Shown here: piece after piece, positions 25,297 to 37,088 of the stretch
How the letters are laid out: each line of letters begins with the position of its first letter
Position numbering within the stretch: position 1 is the first letter of the stretch
Assembly (NCBI GenBank): GCA_965153285.1
Contig: OZ229111.1
Reading direction: 5' to 3' (one strand)
Source: Podarcis tiliguerta
Lineage: Eukaryota
DNA length: 64,000 bases
Notes under the pieces: generated by a model
Told to the model about the DNA's origin: nothing
What the model saw: the letters and a program-made list of their open reading frames with translations, nothing else
Databases searched by the model: none
Made by a program: the position numbers and the translations under genes

Positions 25297-26567
25297 TAGC
25301 TCAATGGTACGGCACATGCTATACTTGCATGTTTGGGGAGTGGTTTGTGGTTCTCTTTCCCCACAATAACAAATTCTAAGTGATGCAGCTTATTTTGGGG
25401 GAGGGGGGGAAGGGTGTCAAGTCCTTAGTCTGCACTTGCCTACAGGTTCCAAGGTACTCTTGTTGTGCTTGATAAACAGCTGGTCACATGGTTCAGGGTC
25501 CACCTTTTTGTGAATTAGTATCCATGACAGTATATTGCAGCTGTCTTTACAATTCAGTTGAAAGCAGAATGGTGTTACTTTGTTGTTGTTGTTCAACAGC
25601 GTAATGGCATAGAGTGTCATGGGCTATGTATCTAATGTCCCACTGTGTGGCCATCATGATTGGTCACCCCCAAGTGAAGCTTAGTACATCCTCACAGCTT
25701 TCAGACTCATCACCATTCTTCTGTATCCCTCTCACTGTTACTCTCCCAGGTTCCTTTGCACAGCTGTCTACATGCTGGGCATTCTTTCATTCTCTTTCCA
25801 TCATTTCCTTCCACAATGTATGCCCCTGATCTTGGGTGCTCTTTCACTAGGCTGCATCTTCCACTCCCGCTGGCATCCTGACAGTCAATGGACAGCTTGC
25901 ACCTCCATTTCTGGTGTGCCTGCTGATATTCTCTCTTTAGAAACGTTTGCCTCCCTGCCTATTTCCAGACAACAATTGGGTGTTAAATCTGCTTTTTCAA
26001 ACAATCAGCTAGAGAGATGCTGATCTTTTGTCCCACGTACAATTCTGCCTCTGATAAGACAGTCTGTTATCTCCACAACATTACAAGTTGCTTCTTGTGT
26101 CCTTAATGCAGTAACACACACATCCGGACCTCCTCAGGCACCTTGCTGCCTCATAAAGAAATGAGGACATTTTGCTGTTTCATTTGGTTTGGGCATACAG
26201 TTTTCATCCGCTAACAGCTCCGAAGCACATCTAGTGCCAAGGCGAAGAGACTTACATACACCCCAACCTCTAAGGTTGGAGTGGGGACCTTTTTCAGCTG
26301 GAAGATCACATTCCTTTTTGGGCAAACCTCTGGGACCACAATGTTGGCAGAGGCAGAAACAGGTGGAGCAATTAATGTAAATTTTATCTTTGTACAGTAG
26401 CCGAGGTTCTGCTCCCTCTCTGTCTCCCCCTCCTCCTGACATTATCCATCTAGGCAAGCAAAAATCATTATCAGTGTTCTAGACTACATTCTAGCCAATA
26501 AATAAATAAATAAATAATAAATGAAAAAATGAAAACCCCAGGAAACAAGACCTATGAGGGGTTTGAG

Positions 26568-26905
26568 TGTTGGTTTCTGTTTATGCCACTGTGCAGTGCT
26601 CTTGGAGTCACAGGACTCTGTTTACATTCCTGGGATTCAAGACTGTTGGAAGTCTCACGGAAGACAGGAGATGGATGTGATGTTACTGGTTTCCTGTTCC
26701 TTTGTTGTTCAGTTCCTCTCTGCTTTCACAGAGAGAGGATGTTTCTTTTCTGTCTGTGTAATTAGAAATATAACTCTTTAGCCATGTAGCTCATACTATC
26801 TCATCCTTCCCTGTGTGCTGGATACTCTGCGTAATAGGCTCAGGTTGTTAATTATCGTTGGAGGAGAGAATGAAGGCCTCGACTGGAGGATGAGCTTTCC
26901 AGTTC
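26568..26905 (+). mobile_element. Solo LTR copy 1 (3' end unclear), same family as 32367-32731
   Basis: Aligns along its length with 32367-32731 (for example CTCTCTGCTTTCACAGAGAGAGGATGTTTCTTTTCTGTCTG and GCTGGATACTCTGCGTAAT); starts TGTTGG. Confidence 0.8.
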
Positions 26906-26920
26906 AGTCGAATGCAAGTT

Positions 26921-27130
26921 CATACCTGCCAAGTGCCCCAGGAAAAAAGGACACCCTGTTTTTTTATGTGAGATCGTGGTGGCCATTTTGGGTGCTGCAG
27001 TCCCACAAACCCTTGAGCTGAGCTCTCACTCCCAAAAAGCTCTTGGGGGGGCAAGGGTGAGGTGCAAGTCACATGACACACCTGGAAGACACATGTCCCA
27101 GCTTTGGGTCTGAAAAAGTTGGACAGTATG
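26921..27130. mobile_element. Old non-autonomous DNA transposon
   Basis: Imperfect TIRs CATACCTGCCAAG / GTTGGACAGTATG; no TSD; a related terminus CATACCCTCCAAG is at 57266. Confidence 0.45.
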
Positions 27131-28299
27131 AGGGGTAAGAGGGTCTGACTAGAGAGAGATCCAAGAGTTTGATGGAGCAACCTAGAGGGACACCTTTGGC
27201 ACCCAGGCCTGAGGTTCTTTATCCCTGCCATAAGGCATGCAGCTTGCCTGTAAGGAGGGTGAGGAACCTCTGGGCCATGGGCCAAACTTGTTCTGCCTTG
27301 TCATGTTGTTGATAGGTGGGTTAAAGTTGCTCTGTGGGGGTTGGGTCAGATAAAGAACCAACATATCAGGAATAAAGCTAAACTGGAATTGGAACCCTTC
27401 TTGACTTCTAGTTTTCTACGTGGAGACATTTAGCATAGAGCATTCAATCAGATGACTCCCCCCTCCCTGAATGGTTGAGAGTTAGGCCTAACAGTGCACT
27501 AATGTGGTGACTGATAAATAAAGGGAATGGGTATGTAAGTGAAATGCTAGCTAATTTATTCTCACCCTACTCATAGATTATATTTAATCACGCTCAAAGT
27601 TTGTAAATTTAGATTCAAGTTTGCAATGGTAGAAATCTATTTTGCATGGTTTATAGAGTTCTGGAAGGATTTATTACTTCTAGCTAGAGGTTTTTACACC
27701 AACTTTCAGAGATTTATAATTCCCCAAATCAGGAAAAAGTCCATACTGAACTTGATTTGAATATCTGTTGACTTGATAGACCATATTTATTCCCCCAGTT
27801 AGAAATTTCAGCAGTATATGCTACTACCTCATCCAAGATGGGGAATGTGAGACTAATTGCAGCTGAAAATGCCCTCCTGGCTTCATAAAACATCCTGCCT
27901 TTGGACATGGCAATGACTGCTTCATATCTAGTGATATGTGAACTAGCTAGCTATCACAAGCTGCAATTTCTACAATCTGGTTCCTCTGACTAATTTTTCT
28001 TACAAAACAAGTAACTTACTTATTCCATATCACTACTAGGTAAAGAATGCCATACAGCCAAAAAAATCTACAACTGCACAATAGCTACACATCCCTACTA
28101 CAATGCACACTATACCAAGCTTCTGAGAAGAAATTTCTAAGTTGATCGCCTACCAATGGTGGCTGAATGGGCAAACTGGGAGAAGGAAAAATCTCTTAGG
28201 ATTAGAGTAGCTCTGTGCTACTTGAGTGGACACACAAAGGAAGTTTTGAAGGCGATAGGATATTGGACCCACCCAGGAGACCAAATATACAGGTTGCAA

Positions 28300-28780
28300 C
28301 CACAAGGGACAAAATTTCATGTCTTTGTTGGAATTCTCCAGCCAAATCTTCTGCTACAGGTCTCTAATACAAAAATTATGGCTGACCTAAGCACTGCTTT
28401 CATTTATGATCAAGCATTTGTGTGATCAAACATAGTGGCCCAGAAAGGAAAAGCAATGGGAAGCAGGAATAAAAGTCTAGTGCTATATTATGTTGTACAT
28501 CAATGGTTAAACACAGAATCAAGTGCTGGTGTAACAGGATACCTTGTGGTTGTGTACACTCATGGGGGTTTGAGATCTGTCGGGATGCCAGATTAGGAGC
28601 CAAAGACATGAGAATGGCCAGTTTGAATGATTTATTAAAGAAGAATATAGACTTACAGCAAAAGCAGCCTGCCAGTTCTCCTTGTCTTCTCTTCCAGAGA
28701 TGCAGGATGGACACTGCAGCAAGCAGGTCCTGCAGGAAGGAGATAGCTTGAATGCACCCAGCCCAAAGTGCATACATTCT
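28300..28780 (-). mobile_element. Decayed DIRS-type tyrosine recombinase remnant
   Basis: ORF 28400-28777(-) contains, in the expected order, ISFLQD, SFKLAILMSL..ASRQIS (cf. K..FL.A.TSARR.SEL) and IDVQHNIALDFY (cf. LDVRRAL..Y), with large deletions between them. Confidence 0.4.
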
Positions 28781-29483
28781 TCATATAGTTAAGCAGTATA
28801 TGTCACATTGCCTAACTAGACGGGAACCCAGGTGGTCAATACCCAAAGCATTACCTATGCTTCCCCTTTCTGGGCTCAGAACCCAGTATCTCAGACCCAG
28901 TTAGTGTATCAAAGCAGGCATGTATAAACATATATGAGCTCATTGCTACAGCAACTACCAATTAATCGTGGGGTTATCTTGACTACCAATATGGTGCAAG
29001 CACAGCTTCCAGAGCAGCTCACCTTTGACTTTACACACTTGTCCTTTATTCAGCACCACAAGTCCCATTTTTGCACACATATTCCACTACTGTGGCCACA
29101 CAGAAGTTGATACTTTATCTTGGTTCTCTAGGTGCAAGAGTCACTAAGACTGGATAAGCCTCTTTAGATATAAGATACGAAGAGTCAGTCTTTGACTAGC
29201 AATAACTATGGACATAAATTGAACTGGTAATAAACAAATTATCAATAAATCTAACCCATGGAATTATACACTGTAGATATTATAATGTCTGTGCATGACA
29301 TATGTATCTATGTTTGAATGAAAAACTGTGACACAAAGACATTTTAAAGGTGTGACATTTTGTGGACAGTCCTGGATTAGGAATTATAGAGAAGCCACCT
29401 GCATGGTATGACTGTGGTTGGAAAGCAAATATGTGGTTGTGGTGTCATTTTTCAAAGAATAAATTTTGATAACCTGCTCACAG

Positions 29484-29485
<2 letters not shown>

Positions 29486-29536
<51 letters not shown>
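29486..29536. repeat. (TC)n microsatellite
   Basis: Direct reading. Confidence 0.95.
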
Positions 29537-29539
<3 letters not shown>

Positions 29540-30535
29540 CTCAACTCTTGACATAGGATATCTTTTCTGGATAGCCTCCAGAACTGTGTGTCTAAAACAG
29601 CCTCTCTGGTGGCCTCCTGATGTCTTGGACTATAGCACCATATAGCTCCAGCCAACACTGGTGGCACTTGCAATTCAAAACATGGGAAGGGCACCAGGTT
29701 GACGAATGCTGCTGTCAAAGAAAAGCACTGTGTACTTCATAGTTAAGTGTGAAAATGTTATAAATGTAATCTATGGTTTAGCATATATATTTAAATCCTT
29801 CCTTCTTTTTTTAAAAGAACAAAGCCACATCTGGCTATCCAGAAGCAAATGACTTCTACTGCTGCAACACATTTGTCTCTTCTAATCTCCCACAATATCA
29901 AAACAGTTACATAAAGCTGATAGAAAGTTGAACTATGTTCAAGTGAAATGGTCATTTGTCATCTGTTCCATTTCCTAGCTGGAGCTCAGAGTGTTAAACA
30001 TTAGCATTTAATATGATTGATGATCCTGCCAACACTCAAAAATAATACCAACTGATTGGCCATTATCCTGCAGGGCACCAGTTGTTTCAGAACGCAAAGC
30101 TTATTCCGAAATCACCATTTCACATTTTAAACTATGCATTTGACAGGTTCTGACTACTTTAAAACATCCTTACAGTTTATTACGTTTGTTATGCTGCTAA
30201 GAGTAAGCCTAATAGGCCAATCTGTATGAACGAGATGATAAAACCTTGCTGTGATTCCTAAGGTAGTGGGCAACTTTTTTTAAAAAAATGTATTTAAATG
30301 GTGATCTGTTCTTCAAGATCACACCAGTAACTTGACCTTCTTATATTAGTCAAAACATCAAGAAGAAATGTGTTTGCTGTTGTATTACGCCATAGTCTTT
30401 GGGCTTTCTTTCTTTCTTTCTTTTTTTACAAGCAAGCAGTATATAAATTTTATGAAATAAATAAGATAAATAAACTTTCAGCATACTTCTTTCAGCAAGT
30501 CTCCTGTAAAAGGAAAGCAGAAACACCCACTAAAA

Positions 30536-30671
30536 CAGGCGTAGGCAAACTCGGCCCTCCAGATGTTTTGGGACTACAACTCCCATCATCCCTAGCTAAT
30601 AGGACCAGTGGCCAGGGATGATGGGAGTTGTAGTCCCAAAACATCTGGAAGGCTGAGTTTGCCTATGCCTG
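30536..30671. mobile_element. 136-bp palindromic hAT MITE, second copy
   Basis: Near-identical to 4603-4738 with the loop in the opposite orientation; 8-bp TSD CACTAAAA (30528-30535, 30672-30679). Confidence 0.92.
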
Positions 30672-31039
30672 CACTAAAACATTGCACATAAACTACCTGT
30701 GATGCTAAATGCGTCTTTGAATCTCATAATTTGGATTCTCCTTATTTTTAAGCCATGAAAGGGGTGGGGGCAGGAATCCAGATGAGAACTGTAGTGCAGG
30801 AGTAAGAGAGGAACATATTTTCCTCACATTGTTTCCTCCCTGAAAACCATCCACTGTGCTGCTGCTTGGATGTCATCTGAGCATCAAAGAACTTTGCATG
30901 GTTCCAAAATGTACAGGGAGACTCCACAAATGCAGAAGGCTCCCTGCTTCAAACAGTTGCCTTCCAACTTGTGGAAAAAGATGGAGAAGGTAAAGGTATA
31001 AGACGCATCCCTGCTGCTCCCACCTTCAAACAGAGCTTC

Positions 31040-31085
31040 AATTCCTAGGGATGCTTAATTGCTAGGGATGCTTAATTGCTAGGGA
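31040..31085. repeat. Tandem 17-bp repeat (~2.7 copies)
   Basis: AATT(C/G)CTAGGGATGCTT units. Confidence 0.85.
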
Positions 31086-31746
31086 ATATCTTGGTAGCAA
31101 GATGTTACTAAAATAGTGTTCTTTTTGCAAGGATTTCTTTGGAAAAGAGAAATCTGCTTCTCTCCTCATTTAATTTTGGAAAGATATGTACACCTGCTCC
31201 TCAAGAATCATGTTCCTAGAGTGGATCCGTCCAGATAAATCTACATCTCATGCATCACACAAAGTCTCTATGTTTGAGTCAATGTCAACACTAGAATTTC
31301 CTGGGGTTTCTATTTATTACAAGGAAGTGATATTTCCATAGTCATAAGAGTGGCAAAGGACTCACCAGCTTTTCTGCAACTTTTAAAGATTGTGTCACTT
31401 TTTTTATATAAAAAAAATCAAATTACCATATGCCAGATGTGACTCTGCTCTCGGAGGCTTCCCAACATAAATTTAGCATTAACAAAGTGTTGAGGAATCT
31501 CAGGTGGGGAAATGAGCAGAAAATATTTCCGACATCGTCATTCGATAAAGGATTCCTTTAGGAGCAAATTCCTGTATGCTTAATAAACCACCTGCAAATT
31601 TCAATCCGACAAAAATTAGCTTGGCACTTTTTCAGCTTTATACCATCAAGCCTTATGAAGAATTTGCAGATGTTGTATATTCAGTTCCATACGGGACCCC
31701 TATTATGAGTCTTACGAGTTTGAAAGTCTGAAAACTGCTAGATTTC

Positions 31747-31799
31747 TTTTGTGAACTGCCCTGAGATCTTTCGATGAAGGGCGGGATATAAATCTAATA

Positions 31800-31842
<43 letters not shown>
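31747..31842 (+). mobile_element. L2 terminal tail with (AAT)n
   Basis: TGTGAACTGCCCTGAGATCTTTCGATGAAGGGCGGGATATAAAT followed by (AAT)n; a reverse copy lies near 9805-9865. Confidence 0.7.
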
Positions 31843-32366
31843 GAATGACATAAATGTAAGTAACATGTGGCAGTGTTTGTATGGTCTCAGAGTTTGTGTC
31901 GGTCAACCTGGCATTTACACGGGTACACCTTTCAAATTTGCATTCCAGTTTTAACAGTCCTTGTTTCATGAATGATATTTTTCAAATGACAGCTAATTCC
32001 GCTAATGCAGTTTTCTAAATATCCAGTCTCTTGTGTGCAATGCAGGCAAAAACTTGGCATCATTGCACTGACGGCATTTCCCTTCCTCTTGTTTTAGTTT
32101 TAGATGTGCCTGAATGTCTTCTTTTGCAAGTTCAGGCAGAGTGGCAAGATGAAAAAGGAGGAAAGCACTCCTGCATTTTTAATAGGTTGCGTGGCAAGAC
32201 ACTGTGGGAGAATTTCCCTTTGGAGGTTCAAGTACAGAGGCTCAAACCAAATTCCCAACGGTCCAGACTCTATTCAGTATTTCATTACAGGACAGAGTCC
32301 AAAGATTCTGTCAGAGCTTTCCATACCCAGGCAAAATATAAGTCATCCTCTTCCCAACCTCCTGCC

Positions 32367-32731
32367 TGTTAGGTTTCTGTGTGTTGCCACTGTGCAGTGC
32401 TTGGAGTCACAAGACTCTGTTTTGCATTCCAGACTGTTGGAAGTCTCACAGGAGACGGGGGACGGATGTGATGTTACTGGTTTCCAGTTCCTTTGTTTTT
32501 CCGGTTGCTCTCTGCTTTCACAGAGAGAGGATGTTTCTTTTCTGTCTGCGTAGTTAGAAATAAAACTCTTTGCAATGCAGCTCATATTTCTCGTCCTTCC
32601 CTGCTGCTGGATACTCTGCGTAATGGGGGAACATGCCTGGAGCCTCATCAAAGGCTCAGGTCGTTAATCACTGTCGGAGGGGATTCTGGAGGACTTGACT
32701 GGAGGATGAGCTTTTAGCTGAGATTCCGACA
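32367..32731 (+). mobile_element. Solo LTR copy 2 (365 bp), probably Ty3/Gypsy
   Basis: TGTTAGG...CCGACA termini; perfect 5-bp TSD CTGCC (32362-32366, 32732-32736); internal AATAAA at ~32558. Confidence 0.88.
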
Positions 32732-33384
32732 CTGCCATCCCATCACCCCACCAGCTCTCATCCAACCATGATCCTTGGAAACCACTGAACCCAATTCTTT
32801 TTCTGGACATGCAGAGCCCTCCTTGTGCCTTATCTGAAGTTGCTATTTTCAGTTTAGCCCTCAGTGTTAGGTTCCTCCTTAACTGGTTCTTAACAGTTTT
32901 GTGATCAGGCAGCACTCTTGCATACGTGGCACTAGCCTTACTGATAACGGGCATCAGAAATTCGACCTCACCATGACCTCTGAAATCCCCTCTTCTAAAC
33001 AACTATGAAAGGTAAAAGATTCCTGAAGAGTCATTCACCTGGCTTCCATAGTGATGATGGTGCTGGGTTATGCAGTCTGATTCTCAAAGCACAGTGTAGG
33101 TGGCCCTGGGTCTCTTGCAGTGTAATCCTTGGACTGTTTAAAGCACCATTAAGTTCGATGGGACTTACTTCCAGGTAAATATGTAAAGGACTGCAGGAAG
33201 TGCTTTGTATGCAGTGCCAAATACGAAAACAGGTGAGCACCATCATCATCTTAAACTGGCATCTACCAACAGAGCTATTTGTTACTTCACTGTGCAACAT
33301 TTCAAAATGGACACTTTTGCTCAAACTTCCTTTAAAGTGCTTGAATACTGCTTGCGGGATTGGCATCCAGTAAACCGCTGCTTG

Positions 33385-33744
33385 GGGCGTGGGTGGCGCT
33401 GTGGGTAAAACCTCAGCGCCTAGGACTTGCCGATCGCATGGTCGGCGGTTCGAATCCCCATGGCAGGGTGCGCTCCCGTCGTTCGGTCCCAGTGCCTGCC
33501 AACCTAGCAGTTCTAAAGCACCCCCGGGTGCAAGTAGATAAATAGGGACCGCTTACCAGCGGGAAGGTAAACGGCGTTCCGTGTGCTGTGCTGGCTTGCC
33601 AGATGCAGCTTGTCACGCTGGCCACGTGACCCGGAAGTGTCTGCGGACAGTGCTGGCTCCCGGCCTATAGAGTGAGATGAGTGCACAACCCTAGAGTCTG
33701 GCAAGACTGGCTCGTACGGGCTGGGGTACCTTTACCTTTACCTT
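33385..33744 (+). mobile_element. Sauria/Squam1 SINE, full length (subfamily B)
   Basis: Head GGTGGCGCTGTGGGTAAAACCTCAGCGCC, B box GGTTCGAATCCC, (ACCTTT)n tail; TSD TAAACC(G/A)CTGCTTG (33371-33384, 33745-33758). Confidence 0.95.
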
Positions 33745-34460
33745 TAAACCACTGCTTGAGCCAACCACTGTATTGCTGCTTTGGTTACTGTTGCCATGTT
33801 TAGAATAAACTTCCCCCAGAAGTGCTCTGTGAAGTCAAGAAGACGTTTACGGTATATGATTAAGTCAACATGTGAGTGAAGAATCCGTCAACCTCCCCAT
33901 CGCATCAGATGAGATCCAGCTGTATTTGAAAGATGCTCTGGCAATCCTGTGCCCTTTCTCACCAGTTCTTGTAAATTGCAGTTGTTATCAGCTCTATCAA
34001 GTTGTATGTGGCAAATTAAATCACAATTCACAAGGAGGTGACGACCCCTTTCTAAAAACTCTTCAATTATCTGGGAGAAGGATATAATTATGAGGCCATT
34101 ACAGTAGGTGAATAAAAAAAAAATTGTGTACATAAGAACATAAATTGCCAATAAATGCTAGCTTGCCAGAGCATCATTACATCTCATATGTCAAAATTAT
34201 ACTGGAAGAAAAATAGATCAAAGAAGGCAACCGGTGTGCTGGCATCCTGAATTTGGGGGAGGGAGGGTTATTGAAAGGTATTTGCTTCTCTTTTACCCAC
34301 TGCAATATCTCATGCTGGAATTAATTAATCCCAAAGGATTTCACTGCCGTCTTGTCTTTATTACAACTCACCTTCAGCACCAGCCACTAGATTTGTCGCG
34401 TTTGCTAAGAACGAAGCAAGCACTAGTCAGTTAGTATGGCATAATGTTCATAGTCTAGGC

Positions 34461-34631
34461 CAGGCATGTCCAACTTTCGAGAGACTGTGATCTACTCCCA
34501 CTATAAAAAATTTGACAGTGATCCACCAAAGTTGTTGGGCTTATTTTTTTCCCCAGGGGGGGCGACCCCGTGATCGACCCACCATCAACCACAGACCCCT
34601 CCCCCAAGATCGACCAATAGATTGCGATTGG
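34461..34631. mobile_element. hAT MITE with most of the right TIR missing
   Basis: Left end CAGGCATGTCCAAC, internal GATCGACC repeats; 8-bp TSD GTCTAGGC (34453-34460, 34632-34639). Confidence 0.75.
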
Positions 34632-34867
34632 GTCTAGGCTATGGTAGCAAACCTTGACCTCAGTGGAATTTATACCGGAGTAGATTTGCCTAGGATTGTA
34701 GTGTTAATCTTTCTCATTAAAGTCTTGTTGGGAACTCAAAACTTCCTTCCCCACAGCCTTATAATGAGAACATCTAAATAAAATAAACTAGCAAGTTCCA
34801 CAAGAATGAAACACATGCACACAGCAATTTAAGAAAGGAAAGAAAATGGAACCGTGTGTGACATGGG

Positions 34868-34996
34868 TGGTAGAGCATCCCTGCTATCTCCAGGTAGGGC
34901 AATGGAAGACCCTTGCCTGAAACCTTGGAGATCCCACCCAGTCAGCACCAACAGTGCTGAACTAAGTGAACAAACAGGAAGCTTCCACTGTTCCTA
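34868..34996 (+). mobile_element. tRNA-derived SINE, diverged; same family as 63383-63575
   Basis: ATCTCCAGGTAGGGC...GCCTGAAACCTTGGAGA...CCAGTCAG...GCTTCC..TGTTCCTA. Confidence 0.65.
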
Positions 34997-36456
34997 CTCA
35001 AATTATCTATAAAATAGGCATCGCAAAAGAGAAATTGAGCAGTACACACTTTGTGTCCGGATTTTCACTTTTTGTAATAAGGCAACCCTAAACAATTTGT
35101 ATACACAGGTTCACAGATTGTACACTTGTTGAGTGTAACATATGAACACTCATTGAATCAATACATGGAAGACTGTTTTGTGGACAGTGTGTATGATTCT
35201 CTCCCCTCCCTCCACACATGCATTAATCACAGTTCTTGAACATCTAAACAGAGTTTGTGTTTCAATGAAAAGCCTTGTTGATTTCACCTCTTCAGTAAAA
35301 TATTATTAGCCTGTTTTAAAATTATACTAATTAAAAGGAGGAGAAAGACTGAGGGGTATGTAATTTGCCAATAAGCACGTTATATCTTTTGTCTGCAAAT
35401 GTGGTAATTTAAAAAAAGGATCATAAATGGATTTGCCTATTTTAATCAAGTGTGTTGACTGTGTTGTGCTTCGCTTCACTTCACTGGCTATTAAAAAATT
35501 AGCAGATCTTAAGCATAGTCACTCATGTCTTTATTCTTTTATAAATGGAAGGTGGAATTGTAGATCATTACAGGAAATTGGCAAGATAGTGGAATTTGAG
35601 CAAAGAATCAGTTATTTGATTTAAACAGCACTCTCACTTTTTGTATCAATAAATAATTGCAAATAGTCTCTTTCCATGCAGAAAGACTGACACGTAGTTA
35701 TTGAACAGCTAAGTTTTGCTCAAAGAAGAAGCAACCAGGTTTCTAGGTTCGCTAGCTACAAGCTGCACATAATTATGCCGGTGTGTTCTGCCAGCATCAA
35801 AACTGCAGGAACTAAAGGATAGGATGAAGAATAACATCTTTTAGAGACAGACCTGCAATAGTGCAGAAAGACTAATTAGGAAGATCAGTACCAGAGCTTT
35901 TGGCACTGCAGAGAGAACATATCAACAACTTGCCTGGTTCCACCTGGGAGGTAAATGCATCTCCTTTTACTAAGTTACATGCTGTGATCTTTCTCTATAC
36001 ATTGCGCCGCCTTTGATCAGAGAGACTTCTGCTGCAAAGCTGTATCTATCCCTTGGCCTGGGAGCAAGGCCCATTATCGTCACTGGCACTTGTTTCTGAG
36101 AAGACCCACATAGGGTTGCATTAAGAAAGTATTCATGTGGTATAACTAAGGATTCAGTTGTTTCTTGTTTCCTAAAGTGTTATTAAAGTTTTCATTAATG
36201 ATTGTCGGTTTACGGTTCCCCAAATAATATGTACAATCCTCCTAACTTTCATGATGAAATCCACTCCATCTATTTGGTGACATCCATTAGGCTGAAAAAA
36301 AATCTATGAGTGCTTGGTCTTGTCTCACTAATAATCATTTCTTTGTATAGCAAAGATATCATTCTCACAGGTGGCTTAATTAATTAATTAATTTTGTTTT
36401 ACGGGCAGGAGAGGGATATCAGTGGTTATTGTACTATTTATTTATTTTTTAAAAAA

Positions 36457-36677
36457 GAGCTAGTGTAGTGTAGTGGTTAGATTAGACTGTTGGACTATAA
36501 TGCGGGAGATAAGGGTTCAGATCCAGTCTCAGCCATAAAGCTCATTGAGGAACCTTGGGCTAGTCACTGTCTCTCAGCCTACCCTACCTCACAGGGTTGT
36601 TATGAGGATAAAATGGGGAGGAGAGAACCATGTATACCACTTTAGGTTCCTTGGAGGAAAAGGTGGTATATAAATAT
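36457..36677 (+). mobile_element. CORE-type squamate SINE (Squam3/MIR-like)
   Basis: GTGTAGTGGTTAG (A box), GGGTTCAGATCC (B box), core ACCTTGGGCTAGTCACTGTCTCTCAGCCTACCCTACCTCACAGGGTTGTT, tail CCTTGGAGGAAAAGGTGGTATATAAAT. Confidence 0.85.
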
Positions 36678-37034
36678 GATGCAGTTTAATATTCATATAT
36701 TGTGCATGTTAATATTCAAAATCATATGCTGTCTTGAGGTCTTAAAAGCAAGGTTGCTTTGAATTTTATAATAGTGGCTAAGAGACTTCAGTTGCAAATT
36801 CAGGAATTTCTGGCTTGTTATTTAGCAATACAGATATTTATTCAGTCATGGAAAAAATAATGGGCTGAATAGCAACCTATCAAACCAGACCATTATAACA
36901 GCACAACCCATTTCTGACGTCAGATCTGTTGTGCTGCTGAAATATGTATATCCCTTGAACTCTCTTTAATGGAGGTGATGGCAGTAGCCATTAACATTTC
37001 CTGTTGTGCTTCTAATCTTTTCTCCTATCATGAT

Positions 37035-37067
<33 letters not shown>

Positions 37068-37088
37068 ATGTGTGTGTGTGTATGTGTG
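37035..37088. repeat. (TC)n(TG)n compound microsatellite
   Basis: Direct reading. Confidence 0.9.

Noticed and set aside
25461-25494. miR-218-like sequence TGTTGTGCTTGAT...ACATGGTTC
   Set aside because: Only the first 11 nt of the mature sequence match, and there is no complementary arm to form a hairpin.
29049-29066. REST/RE1 site TTCAGCACCAC (also ~34373)
   Set aside because: Left half-site only; the GGACAG right half is absent.
26568-32731. Intact 6.2-kb LTR retrotransposon
   Set aside because: The LTR copies are clearly diverged, copy 2 has its own TSD, and I see no PBS, PPT or gag-pol between them.
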